Assembly (NCBI RefSeq): GCF_031580665.1
Contig: NZ_JAVLCD010000003.1
Direction: 5' to 3' (one strand)
From: Pontimonas sp.
Lineage (GTDB): Bacteria > Actinomycetota > Actinomycetes > Actinomycetales > Microbacteriaceae
Length of the DNA: 64,000 nt
Part shown: positions 44,890-55,792 of the stretch, piece by piece
Layout of the letters: each line of letters begins with the position of its first letter
Numbering within the stretch: the first letter of the stretch is position 1
Program-made: the position numbers and the translations under genes
The notes under the pieces: generated by a model
What the model was told of the DNA's origin: nothing
Seen by the model: only the letters and a program-made list of their open reading frames with translations
Database searches by the model: none

Positions 44890-45615
44890 ATGGGTTTTCT
44901 CGACAGTTTTGAGCGCTCCGTTGAGCGCGCTGTCGGAGGGGCTTTTGCGAAAACGTTCAAGAGTGGGGTTCACCCGCTAGAAATTGCCTCCGCGCTGAAG
45001 CGCGAGATGGACTCCCAAGCGGTGATTGTGAACCCGCAGCGGATGCTGGTGCCCCGGGACTATTTCGTCTCCCTGTCTGAGGCCGACTATGAGCGACTCG
45101 ACGCATTGGGAGCATCGCTTCGCGATGAACTCGCCACTGAACTCCACCACCACCAGGACCAGCAGGGCTACTACGCGACCGGTGCTCCCCGGGTGTCGTT
45201 GCGCATCGACCGCGCTCTCGGTGAGGGAATGGTCACCGCGAGCGCGGTGGTCTCCAGAGAACCCCTGGTGTGGATTCCCGTTCTCGACGTCGACGGTGTG
45301 CGCTACCCGCTCGTGAAGAGAAAAACCCTGGTGGGTCGGGGCAGTGAGGCCGATATTTCCCTGAATGCCCGCGGAGTCTCCCGCCTGCACTGCGAAATTC
45401 GCTGGAGTGGAAAAAGTGCCGAAGTGGTGGATTTGGGCTCCACCAATGGCACCGAGGTCGATGATGTGAAGGTCAGCCATCACCTGCTTCCCGACCGTTG
45501 CATCCTCGGGGTCGGCCAGGCGCGTATTGTGGTGGCAGTGGTTCCCCAGCTTCAAAAGGAATATCAAGGCCTCGTAGAGTCCGGGCGGGGCCCTCAGTCG
45601 GAGGATGCACCGTGA
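44890..45615 (+). CDS. fhaA: FHA-domain protein FhaA (N-terminal FhaA_N/DUF3662 domain plus C-terminal FHA domain)
   Basis: MGFLDSFERSVERAVGGAF... N-terminus and FHA core GRGSEADISLNARGVSRLHCEI...STNGT. GGAGGA RBS. Confidence 0.85.
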   Translation: MGFLDSFERSVERAVGGAFAKTFKSGVHPLEIASALKREMDSQAVIVNPQRMLVPRDYFVSLSEADYERLDALGASLRDELATELHHHQDQQGYYATGAPRVSLRIDRALGEGMVTASAVVSREPLVWIPVLDVDGVRYPLVKRKTLVGRGSEADISLNARGVSRLHCEIRWSGKSAEVVDLGSTNGTEVDDVKVSHHLLPDRCILGVGQARIVVAVVPQLQKEYQGLVESGRGPQSEDAP

Positions 45616-46100
45616 GTCAATTGACGCTCTTTGTCCTTCAACTGGCCTTCCTCGGTCTGCTGTGGGCGTTCATCTTCGCCATTGTCTACGCGCTGCGCAC
45701 CGATCTCTTCGGACCGCCAATGCGCCGCAACGAACCGACCAGTCCTCAGCGTGTGCGCCAAGAGGCCCAACCGGACACCCAGCCCACTCCGACCACACCC
45801 AGCGGTGTCGCCACCAGCCTGGTGGTCACCTCGGGGCCCAAGGAGGGCCTCGAAATACCCCTCGATAAAGAAGAGCAGTTCACGATCGGCCGCTCGGCCG
45901 AATCGAGCCTCGTGATTCGGGATGATTTCACCTCCACCCACCACGCGCGCCTGATGCTGTGGAACGAGCAGTGGATGGTCCAAGACCTCGATTCCACAAA
46001 CGGCACCCTGCTCTCGGGCAAACGGGTGAGCATTCCCACGCCAATTCCCCTGGATACGCCCATCCAGGTGGGCGAAACCACGTTCGAGCTGCGGCGGTAA
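45612..46100 (+). CDS. fhaB: FHA-domain membrane protein FhaB (FipA-like)
   Basis: N-terminal TM segment followed by FHA core IGRSAESSLVIRDDFTSTHHARL...STNGT. The GTG start overlaps the fhaA stop (GTGA). Confidence 0.85.
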   Translation: MSQLTLFVLQLAFLGLLWAFIFAIVYALRTDLFGPPMRRNEPTSPQRVRQEAQPDTQPTPTTPSGVATSLVVTSGPKEGLEIPLDKEEQFTIGRSAESSLVIRDDFTSTHHARLMLWNEQWMVQDLDSTNGTLLSGKRVSIPTPIPLDTPIQVGETTFELRR

Positions 46101-46106
46101 CCCCCG

Positions 46107-47334
<1,228 letters not shown>

Positions 47335-47342
<8 letters not shown>

Positions 47343-48735
47343 CCAGGCGTCGCTTCCTCCCCTCGCGCCCGTCACCGGGCGCGTGGTGTTGAAAGTGCGG
47401 GTTCCCAAACGGCTTCGAAACTTAGAGCTGCTGCTGATCCTTTTTGCCCTCGGCTTGAGCGCCGTCGCCATGTCGCTGGTGCAGTTTGGCGCCCAGGGGG
47501 GACTAGACCTCCGAGTCTTGAGCTACGTCGGTCTCCTGGCCGTCCTGGTCCTGCTGGTCCACCTCGCGGTGCGTTGGTTGGCAGCCGACGCGGACCCGTT
47601 TGTCGTGCCGATTGCCACGATGCTCAACGGCCTCGGCATCACCATGATCCACCGCTTAGATATTGCCGAGGGTCTTGTCGGGTGGCAAGCAGCCGGTATT
47701 CGACAAATTGCCTGGAGTGCGGTCGCGCTCGTCGCGGTGGTGCTGGTACTGCTGATTGTGAGAAACCACCGGGTCTTGCAGCGCTACCGCTACTTGGCGA
47801 TGCTCGCCGGGGTCGCGCTACTGGTGTTACCCCTGCTGCCCGGTATCGGTCGCACCGTCAACGGGGCCACCCTGTGGGTGCAGTTGGGTGGGGTGTCGTT
47901 CCAGCCGGGTGAGGTGGCAAAAATTGCGCTGGCGATTTTCTTTGCCGGCTATTTACTGACCGCGAAAGATTCGCTTCGAGTCGTGGGCAAAAAGTTTCTG
48001 GGTGTGCGCTGGCCGCGTCTTCGAGACCTCGGACCGATCGTCCTGATCTGGTCGCTCTCGATGGGGGTTCTCATTTTTCAACGAGACCTCGGCACCTCGC
48101 TGCTCTACTTTGGCCTCTTCGTGGTGATGATGTTTATCGCGACCGAGCGGGTGATGTGGATCGTGCTGGGCGGTGGGCTCTTTCTCACCGGTGCCGCCAT
48201 TGTGGGCAGCCAAATCGGCTACGTCCAGGGCCGCGTATCGGGCTGGTTGAACTCCTTCAACCAAGAGGTCTATGACGCGGTAGGGGGAAGCTACCAGCTC
48301 GTTCAGGGCCTCTTTGGCTTCGCCGAAGGCGGCTTTATCGGCCAAGGCTTGGGCCAGGGCCAACCCGACCTCGTTCCGCTGGCGAAAAGCGACTACATCG
48401 TCGCGGCCCTCGGCGAAGAGTTGGGGTTGATCGGGGTGTTCGCCATCCTCGCGCTGTATTTGCTTTTGGTCAGTCGGGGTTTTCGGGTCGGCTATTTGGG
48501 CACCGAAGATTTCGGTCGACTTCTCGCCTCGGGACTCGCGTTCGTCATCGCCTTGCAGGTGTTTGTGGTCATCGGCGGGCTGACCCGAATCATCCCCGTC
48601 ACCGGACTGACGACACCGTTTCTCGCCGCCGGAGGCTCCTCGCTGGTGGCCAACTGGATGATTGTGGCGCTCATTTTGCGCCTGAGCGATGACGCGACAA
48701 CCAGGGAGCGCCAACTCTCCGGGGGTGGCTCATGA
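47335..48735 (+). CDS. rodA: FtsW/RodA/SpoVE (SEDS) family glycosyltransferase
   Basis: Polytopic protein with SFQPGEVAKI, DLGTSLLY and SDYIVAALGEELG motifs. Confidence 0.9.
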
Positions 48736-50177
48736 TTCGCTCACTGCGCCTGACCGGCACAGCCGTGGTGGTGTTGTTCATCGCACTCTTTGTTTCCACT
48801 TCGGTCGTCCACGTTCTGGCCGCCCCGGCGCTGACCAACGACGACCGAAACGTGCGAAACCTCTTTGAGAGTTTCGCGGCGGAGCGGGGACCCATTTTTG
48901 CCGGAAACGAACTGGTGGCGCGTTCGACGCCGGTCGATACGCAGTACGGCTACCTGCGCGACTACCCACACCCCGAGCTCTATGCACCCGTCGTGGGGTA
49001 TTACACGCTCACCCAGGGAAACGCCGGAATCGAAAGCGAGCTGAATCCGTTTCTCACCGGTCAGTCCAACGAGCAGTTTCTCGATCAGTTGAACTCACTG
49101 GTCACCGGGACGACACCCAGTGGTGCCACGGTCGTGCTGAGCCTCGACCACGAACTCCAACGAGTCGCCTTTGACGCCCTCGCGGGTCGAAGCGGTTCGG
49201 TCGTGGCGATCGAACCCTCCACCGGGCGTATCCTCGCCATGGTCTCCACCCCCTCATTCGATCCCAACCTGTTGGCCTCCCACGCCACAGCCGATGTCTT
49301 GGAGACTTACCGCGCGTTGGAAGCAGACGACAACCAGCCTCTGGCCAATAAAGCCATCGCGGGAGATCAGTATTTCCCGGGCAGCGTCTTCAAAGTGTTA
49401 GTCACCGCCGCGGCGCTGGAATCCCAATCGTTCGTCTCCGGCAGCCAGTTTGACAACCCGCCGGAGCTCGAACTGCCGCTTTCGACCAACATTGTGACCA
49501 ACTCCGGGGGGCGTTTATGTGGACCCGAAGAGGAAGTGAGTCTCGAAGACGCGCTCATCCAGTCCTGCAACATTCCGTTCGCCGAACTGGGTCTCGCCCT
49601 CGGAGAGGGCACAATCGGCTCTATGGCAGATGACTTCGGGTTCGAAGCAACACTGGAAATCCCGATGCCCGTCACCCCTTCTCGCTACCCCCGCGGGATG
49701 GATCAGGCCCAACTGATGCTCTCCTCGTTTGGCCAATACGACGTACGGGTGACCCCGCTGCAGGTGGCGATGATGAGTGCGGCCATCGCCAACGAGGGTG
49801 AATTGATGACCCCCCAGATTGTCGACACCGTCTTGGCCGACGACCTCGAAGTCTTACGAGAAACGGAGCCGTCGGTGTATTCCACCCCGCTGTCTGGGCG
49901 CACCGCGAGAGAGCTCGAGCGGATGCTCATCCGCTCGGTCGACGACGGTGTCGCCGGTGCCGCCGCACTCCCCGGTGTCGATGTGGCCGGGAAAACGGGC
50001 ACCGCGGAAACCGGCATCGGTGACGGCCGGTCGTTCTGGTTTACCGGCTTTACCCCGGCCGACCAGGGCGATATTGCCGTGGCCGTCGTCGTCGAGGGCG
50101 AAGCCGCCGATGGCACCGGCAACTCGGTCGCGGGCCCCATCGCGCGCGCCGTACTCAGTGAGGCGGTGAACAGATGA
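48732..50177 (+). CDS. pbpA: Class B penicillin-binding protein (PbpA-type transpeptidase)
   Basis: SVFK (SxxK), SCN (SxN) and KTGTA motifs. Confidence 0.9.
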   Translation: MIRSLRLTGTAVVVLFIALFVSTSVVHVLAAPALTNDDRNVRNLFESFAAERGPIFAGNELVARSTPVDTQYGYLRDYPHPELYAPVVGYYTLTQGNAGIESELNPFLTGQSNEQFLDQLNSLVTGTTPSGATVVLSLDHELQRVAFDALAGRSGSVVAIEPSTGRILAMVSTPSFDPNLLASHATADVLETYRALEADDNQPLANKAIAGDQYFPGSVFKVLVTAAALESQSFVSGSQFDNPPELELPLSTNIVTNSGGRLCGPEEEVSLEDALIQSCNIPFAELGLALGEGTIGSMADDFGFEATLEIPMPVTPSRYPRGMDQAQLMLSSFGQYDVRVTPLQVAMMSAAIANEGELMTPQIVDTVLADDLEVLRETEPSVYSTPLSGRTARELERMLIRSVDDGVAGAAALPGVDVAGKTGTAETGIGDGRSFWFTGFTPADQGDIAVAVVVEGEAADGTGNSVAGPIARAVLSEAVNR

Positions 50178-51943
50178 GGCCCAGTACCGGCCAGGTCTAT
50201 GGCGAGCGCTACGAACTGATTTCTCGCATCGCCATTGGCGGAATGGGTGAAGTGTGGAAAGCCACCGACACCGTCATCGGTCGCACCGTGGCGATCAAGA
50301 TCCTCAAAGAGGAGTATTTCGGCGACCCCGGTTTCCGCGAGCGCTTCCGCGCCGAGGCCCGACACGCAGCGCTTGTCAACCACGAAGGAATCGCCAACGT
50401 CTTCGACTACGGCGAAGAGGAGGGTAACGCCTACCTGGTGATGGAAATGGTGCCCGGTGAGGCACTCTCCACCATTTTGGAGCGAGAGAAAGTCTTGGCC
50501 CCCGAGCGGGTCCTCTCCATCGTGCAGCAAACGGCACTCGCCCTCCATCAGGCCCATCAGGCGGGGTTGGTCCACCGCGACGTCAAACCCGGCAACCTGT
50601 TAATCACCCCCGATGGGACGGTGAAAATCACCGACTTTGGTATCGCCCGGGTGACCGACCAGGTTCCGCTGACGGCGACCGGCCAGGTCATGGGCACCGT
50701 CCAGTACTTGGCTCCCGAGCAGGCCAGTGGGAAACCCGCATCCCCGTCGACCGACATTTACTCTCTCGGCATTGTCGCCTACGAAGCACTCTCTGGTCGG
50801 CGACCCTTCCGCGGTGAATCCCAAGTGTCGATCGCCATGGCGCACATCAAAGAAGCACCCCCCGAGCTGCCGGGGACGATCCCGGACGCCGTGCGCGCCC
50901 TGGTGATGTCGTGCATCGCAAAGAAACCAGAGGGCCGGCCAGAAACAGCCGAATCGCTCGCCAAAGCGGCCAGGGCCCTCGAGCGCGGTCACGTCGATGA
51001 GGGGCTGTCCTATATCCCCGCACCGGGCGCAGCCGCGGGGGCATCGGGCGCTACTGGTGCCAGCGGATCCACCGGGCCGTCCAACACCCAGCCCATTCCC
51101 GTGGTGGAGGAGGGTATTCCTCGTCGGGTCTGGACCATTGCCATCGCGGGGGGTGTGGGGGTCATCGCGCTGGTCATTGGGGCCATCTCGCTGATTAATT
51201 CCCAGTTGGGCTCCGGTGCCGAATCGCCACCGGAGGAGCCGGTGGCGATTGTTGAGGAACAAGAGGACCCCGCCGAGGAGCCTGTTGAGTCCGAAAGCCC
51301 GGAGGTCGAGCAGCCCGAGCCGGTCCCACAACCAGAACCAGAGGTGACCACTGTGGCGGTGCCAAGCTCGGAGGTGATCGGCAAAACCGAAGCCCAAGTG
51401 ACCGAGATTTTGTCGAATCTCAATCTCCGCATCGACGCGATCACCGGAAATATCGCGCCCTCGCAGGATGCGGTCGGTCAGGCCTACCGGGTGAACCCCA
51501 ACGGCAGGGTCGCCGAAAACACTCTGATCGCCGTCTATTTTTACGCCGAAATTCCCAACCCTCCCCAGCCCTCCGAGATGGCGATTGACCCGGGCGAGGG
51601 TCCCTACGCACCGGGCGATGAAGTCACCCTGAGCTGGCCCGCCTACGCCCAGTGTCCCAGCGGGTTCCCGGTGACTAACTATCGCCTTGAGCTCAGCCGG
51701 GGAACCCTGGTGGATGAAGACGACGCGGTGTTGGGAGCCGACACCACCGAGGTGGTGGTCACCCTGGGTGATCCGGGAGATTTCTCGGCCAGCTACGTGG
51801 TGAGCTGTTCTGACATCAACACTCCGAAGTCCGCTGCCACCACGCTCAGCATTGTCGACCCGAACGCGCCCGAAGAGGGCTCGGAAGAGGGCTCGGAAGA
51901 CGAATCGAGTGGGGACTCTGGCGAGTCGGGAACAGAAGAGTAA
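50174..51943 (+). CDS. pknA: Ser/Thr protein kinase PknA with TM segment and an unusually large ectodomain
   Basis: GGMGEVWKA, AIK, HRDVKPGN, DFGIA and APE motifs. TM at about aa 319-341, followed by a PASTA-like segment and a further domain. Confidence 0.85.
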   Translation: MRPSTGQVYGERYELISRIAIGGMGEVWKATDTVIGRTVAIKILKEEYFGDPGFRERFRAEARHAALVNHEGIANVFDYGEEEGNAYLVMEMVPGEALSTILEREKVLAPERVLSIVQQTALALHQAHQAGLVHRDVKPGNLLITPDGTVKITDFGIARVTDQVPLTATGQVMGTVQYLAPEQASGKPASPSTDIYSLGIVAYEALSGRRPFRGESQVSIAMAHIKEAPPELPGTIPDAVRALVMSCIAKKPEGRPETAESLAKAARALERGHVDEGLSYIPAPGAAAGASGATGASGSTGPSNTQPIPVVEEGIPRRVWTIAIAGGVGVIALVIGAISLINSQLGSGAESPPEEPVAIVEEQEDPAEEPVESESPEVEQPEPVPQPEPEVTTVAVPSSEVIGKTEAQVTEILSNLNLRIDAITGNIAPSQDAVGQAYRVNPNGRVAENTLIAVYFYAEIPNPPQPSEMAIDPGEGPYAPGDEVTLSWPAYAQCPSGFPVTNYRLELSRGTLVDEDDAVLGADTTEVVVTLGDPGDFSASYVVSCSDINTPKSAATTLSIVDPNAPEEGSEEGSEDESSGDSGESGTEE

Positions 51944-52016
51944 ATCACGGAAGTCAGTAGACTGGCGGCTTGGCCGGAGCGATAATCAGACCGGCCTGTG
52001 GGGGAGTGACAAAACA

Positions 52017-53795
52017 GTGAGCAACCAAGCGAGGGGTCCGTGGACGGGCCGACTGCTCGGTGGCCGCTATGAAGTCAACGGCATCGTCGGTCGCGGCGGC
52101 ATGGCCGATGTCTACCAGGGTCGAGATGGCCGACTCGGTCGCGACGTCGCCATCAAAGTCTTAAAAGCCACCCTCTCCACCGACGTCACGGCTCGTGAGC
52201 GTTTTCGTCGCGAGGCGATGGCGGTCTCGAAAATGGCCCACCCCACCGTGGTGCGAGTGTTTGACGCCGGCGACGAGGTCGACGCCGATGAACACGGCAA
52301 CCCGACGGGTTCCACCACGCCCTACATCGTGATGGAGTTTGTGAAGGGGCGTCTGCTGAGCGACATCATTCACCGGGGCATCATTGACGAGGCCGCAGCT
52401 CTGGGAATCGCCGATGGGATGCTCAACGCCCTGGAAGTCTCGCACCAGGCCGGTATCGTCCACCGTGACATCAAACCGGCAAACGTGATGATCACCACCG
52501 ACGGTGGTGTGAAAGTCATGGATTTTGGTATCGCCCGCGCCATTGCCGACACGGTGGCAAACGGTGGTGAAACGTCATCCATTGTCGGCACCGCGCTCTA
52601 CCTCTCACCCGAGCAAGCCCGCGGCCAAGACGCCACTGAACGCAGTGACCTCTACGCGCTGGGGGTCGTCCTCTACGAAATGTTGGCCGGTCGGCCACCC
52701 TTCGAGGGCGACTCACCCGTGTCGGTCGCGTTTCAACACATCAACGACGAACCGGCTCCGCTTGGACTGCAAAATCCCACGGTGAGCCGTGGCACGGCGC
52801 GCATCGTGCACAGACTGTTGGAAAAGGAAGCCCGGGAGCGCTTTTCGTCCGCCACCGAGGTGAGAAAAGCCCTGTTGGCCTTGCCCGAACCGGGGGCGCC
52901 AGAGCCGGAAGAGGTCCCGACCGTCGCCGTGGCGGAGACTACGGAACCACCGCCCGTCACGGCCAGTATCCCGCAACCGACGTGGCAGTCTCGCGCCGAG
53001 CCCGCGGTGGATTTTTCGCTCCCGGCGGGTGGCAGTGTGCAGCAGGCGAGCGTTCCCCGACTGGCGATCGCCTTCGGGTCAGTCATTGCGATTTCCATGT
53101 TGATCGCCATTGTGGTCTGGCTGTTCACCCTGAACCCCTCCACGGTGTCGACCGCGGCCGCTCCCATGGTTCCCGACCTTCGGGGCCAAAGCCAGGCCGT
53201 GGCGGTGAGCACCGTCGAGTCTTTGGGCTTAAACCCCGCCGTAGTGGAGGAAGTAAGCGGTGAGTTTGACGAAGGGCTGGTCATTCGCACCGAACCGGGC
53301 CCGGGACTGCGCGTGGCCCAAGGCGAGAGGGTTCGCCTGTTTATCTCCGCGGGAGCCGATCAAATACGCCTGCCCGATGTGGTCAACCAAACCTCCGAGG
53401 AGGCGAGGGAGCGATTGACCGAGCTTGGCTTGGCCCCCACCGACGACCGCCTCGACTATTCGCCAAACATCCCCGAGGGCACGGTATTGGGGATGGTGCC
53501 AGAGGCGGGCACGATGCTGGACCCCGCAGACCCGGTCACTCTCGTCGTCTCTAACGGGTTGGTGTTGGTGCCGGATGTCCTGGGAATCACCGTGGGGGAA
53601 GCGAACCCGCTACTGAGCGGTCCGGATATTCAGTTGACGGTGCGCTTGCAGCCAGATACCAGCTGTCAGGGACAGACCGTGCAATCGCAGTCGCTCAGTC
53701 CCGGGGAGCACCCGCAGCGCTCGGAGATTACCCTCACCTACTGTTCCGGGTTTGACCCGGAGAACCCGTTTGTGCCAGAAGTGGGCGACGGCTAG
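52017..53795 (+). CDS. pknB: Ser/Thr protein kinase PknB with three PASTA repeats
   Basis: GRGGMADVY, AIK, HRDIKPAN, DFGIA and SPE motifs. TM segment, then three PASTA-like repeats (VPDLRGQS..., LPDVVNQTS..., VPDVLGITV...). GTG at 52017 with GGGGGA upstream. Confidence 0.9.
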   Translation: MSNQARGPWTGRLLGGRYEVNGIVGRGGMADVYQGRDGRLGRDVAIKVLKATLSTDVTARERFRREAMAVSKMAHPTVVRVFDAGDEVDADEHGNPTGSTTPYIVMEFVKGRLLSDIIHRGIIDEAAALGIADGMLNALEVSHQAGIVHRDIKPANVMITTDGGVKVMDFGIARAIADTVANGGETSSIVGTALYLSPEQARGQDATERSDLYALGVVLYEMLAGRPPFEGDSPVSVAFQHINDEPAPLGLQNPTVSRGTARIVHRLLEKEARERFSSATEVRKALLALPEPGAPEPEEVPTVAVAETTEPPPVTASIPQPTWQSRAEPAVDFSLPAGGSVQQASVPRLAIAFGSVIAISMLIAIVVWLFTLNPSTVSTAAAPMVPDLRGQSQAVAVSTVESLGLNPAVVEEVSGEFDEGLVIRTEPGPGLRVAQGERVRLFISAGADQIRLPDVVNQTSEEARERLTELGLAPTDDRLDYSPNIPEGTVLGMVPEAGTMLDPADPVTLVVSNGLVLVPDVLGITVGEANPLLSGPDIQLTVRLQPDTSCQGQTVQSQSLSPGEHPQRSEITLTYCSGFDPENPFVPEVGDG

Positions 53796-53815
53796 ACAAC
53801 CCGACTATTGTGCGA

Positions 53816-54460
53816 CTACGCAGTACTGCCGGTCACCCGAGGGCTTAAGCCCTTGGCCTTTTCCCCGGCTCCCACCAAGCCGGCCTTTTCTAACCAGTTG
53901 CCGAGCATTTGGTAGCCACCCTCGGTGACCACCGATTCGGGGTGGAATTGCACGCCATATACCGGCTCCTCGGTGTGACACAGGCCCATGATGACGCCGC
54001 CCTGGGTTTTTGCGGTGATGTCGAGTTGTGCGGGAACTGTTCCATCGACCACGGCGAGGCTGTGGTAGCGGGTGGCGCGAAACGATTCGGGCACCCCGGA
54101 AAAGAGTGCGCTGCCGTCGTGGACGACCTGGGAGGTTTTGCCGTGCATCAGCTCCTCAGCGTGTTCCACCCTCCCGCCGAGGGCTTCCGCAATGGCCTGG
54201 TGGCCCAAACACACCCCGAGGAGGGGGGTGTGCGCCCGGATGGCTTCGTGGACCAGGGGAATGGAAATCCCCGCGTCGGCGGGGGTGCCCGGGCCCGGGG
54301 AGAGCAAGACGCCGTCGTATCCACTGATGAGTTCGGCAAGCGCGTCGACGCTCACCGAGTCGTTTCGAATCACGTCGGTGGTCGCACCGAGCTGGTGGAG
54401 GTAGCCGTTTAGGGTATAGACAAAACTGTCGTAGTTGTCGACAACGAGAATATGGACCAT
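53816..54460 (-). CDS. trpG: Glutamine amidotransferase, anthranilate/aminodeoxychorismate synthase component II
   Basis: ILVVDNYDSFVYTL, GVCLGHQ catalytic Cys, and VQFHPES His/Glu pair. Confidence 0.85.
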   Translation of the reverse strand: MVHILVVDNYDSFVYTLNGYLHQLGATTDVIRNDSVSVDALAELISGYDGVLLSPGPGTPADAGISIPLVHEAIRAHTPLLGVCLGHQAIAEALGGRVEHAEELMHGKTSQVVHDGSALFSGVPESFRATRYHSLAVVDGTVPAQLDITAKTQGGVIMGLCHTEEPVYGVQFHPESVVTEGGYQMLGNWLEKAGLVGAGEKAKGLSPRVTGSTA

Positions 54461-54461
54461 G

Positions 54462-54617
54462 TCACCCCACCGTGGATTGTTCAACTAGGAAAGTATCAGC
54501 GACAAACGGGAAAACGACGAAAAACAGCAGGGCCAGTACCGACAGACCCAAAATGACTGCTTGGAGTGTTTTTGCCCACCGCGGCCCCGGCAGCGCCCTC
54601 CACAACCAGAGATACAT
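54462..54617 (-). CDS. Unannotated 51-aa single-pass membrane protein (MYLWLWRALPGPRWAKTLQAVILGLSVLALLFFVVFPFVADTFLVEQSTVG)
   Basis: Translated by hand, as it is below the ORF-track size cutoff. Its ATG overlaps the sortase stop (ATGA), and its stop lies 1 nt before the trpG ATG. Confidence 0.5.
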   Translation of the reverse strand: MYLWLWRALPGPRWAKTLQAVILGLSVLALLFFVVFPFVADTFLVEQSTVG

Positions 54618-55393
54618 CAGGTCACCTCACTCGCGACGGTGGCGATCTCTGCGGGCGGGCCGCCCCCTCGCGGATACCAGGCGTCAAAGACGGCATAGGC
54701 GATGATGCGTTCTGCCTCCGAAAAGCGCGGGTGACAGCTAGTCAGCGTGAGGAGTCGCTCGGTGGCCTCAGCATCTGGTTGGTGGGGAATGGGGGCTAAG
54801 ACTTCTACCTGGGTCGGCCACACGTATTCGAGGTTTCGAAATTGGTAGCTGTACCAGCCCTGTTCGACTTCCACGTAGAGCCGGTCACCGGCTCGCAGTT
54901 CACCGATTTCACTAAACGACGCCCCGTAGGTGGTGCGGTGTCCCGCTATTCCGACATTGCCCAGTTCACCAAACTGGGCGGTCTGCGGATAGCGCCCCAC
55001 TCCCAATTCCCGACTGTTGAGTACCGTCTGAAGGTCCACACCTTCAGCGATTGTGCGCGCGTAGGTGTCACCAAACCGCGGCACATACAACACCGCGAAT
55101 GCCTCGCCTTCTGTGACATCTCCCACCACCGGGGGATCGATGGCCGTCGCGCTGCCGTCTGATTCCCCGCGGGCTTTGCCGAATGTGTCCGGTGTCTCGC
55201 TGTCCCACTGGGAGGCCACCTCGGATGCCGAGCGGGCTTGGCTCGAGCCTTGTATCCAGTCGTTGACGCCCAGATACCAGCCAAAGAACAACAACCCCAC
55301 AACCCCTACGGTGAGGCTCACCTCGCCGGCAACACCCAGCCAGAAACCCGGCCGTCGTGATCGCCCGGAAGCAGTGGAGGGTTGCGCCGTCAT
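54617..55393 (-). CDS. Class E sortase
   Basis: N-terminal TM segment, HRTTYG, TLTSCHP catalytic Cys motif. Trimmed to ATG at 55393. Confidence 0.85.
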   Translation of the reverse strand: MTAQPSTASGRSRRPGFWLGVAGEVSLTVGVVGLLFFGWYLGVNDWIQGSSQARSASEVASQWDSETPDTFGKARGESDGSATAIDPPVVGDVTEGEAFAVLYVPRFGDTYARTIAEGVDLQTVLNSRELGVGRYPQTAQFGELGNVGIAGHRTTYGASFSEIGELRAGDRLYVEVEQGWYSYQFRNLEYVWPTQVEVLAPIPHQPDAEATERLLTLTSCHPRFSEAERIIAYAVFDAWYPRGGGPPAEIATVASEVT

Positions 55394-55448
55394 TTTCCTC
55401 AGTCTACGAGCACCCCGCCAAGAGCCACCCTCCAGTACACTCGGGGGC

Positions 55449-55682
55449 ATGGCTGATCAAGGGCGCGGACGTACCTCCGTGAGTGTTTCCGAAGACGACG
55501 ACAACAACCCGCCGTGGTTCAAACCGGTGATGTTTGGACTGATGCTGATTGGTTTGGTGTGGATTCTCGTCTACTACATCGCCGGAACAGGGTGGCCCAT
55601 TCCCCAAATCGGCGCCTGGAATATCGCGGTCGGCTTCGGCATCATGTTCGCCGGCTTCTTAATGACCACGCGCTGGCGCTAG
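55449..55682 (+). CDS. crgA: Cell division protein CrgA
   Basis: 77 aa, NPPWFKPVMFGLMLIGLVWILVYY plus a second TM segment. Characteristic position next to the sortase and rhomboid genes. Confidence 0.85.
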   Translation: MADQGRGRTSVSVSEDDDNNPPWFKPVMFGLMLIGLVWILVYYIAGTGWPIPQIGAWNIAVGFGIMFAGFLMTTRWR

Positions 55683-55792
55683 CCCCGGCTCACTCGATTC
55701 ACCCGGCTAACTCGGCTTTAGTTACAGCCGTGTAGTTTTTCCCCCTGTTGATGAGACTGTGGATAACCCTACGTCGTGCCGGAGGGTGGCGC

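Noticed and set aside
51852-52016. ORF-track 5' extension of pknB overlapping the pknA 3' end. Similar long 5' extensions occur for pheA, putA, pfkA, fhaA, fhaB, crgA, nucS, the MFS gene, the ALDH gene, copZ, znuC, the sortase gene and rpmB.
   Set aside because: The extensions are basic or low-complexity, overlap upstream genes or divergent promoters, and lack an RBS. Internal ATG/GTG starts with an SD sequence, or 4-nt coupling overlaps, give N-termini typical of each family.
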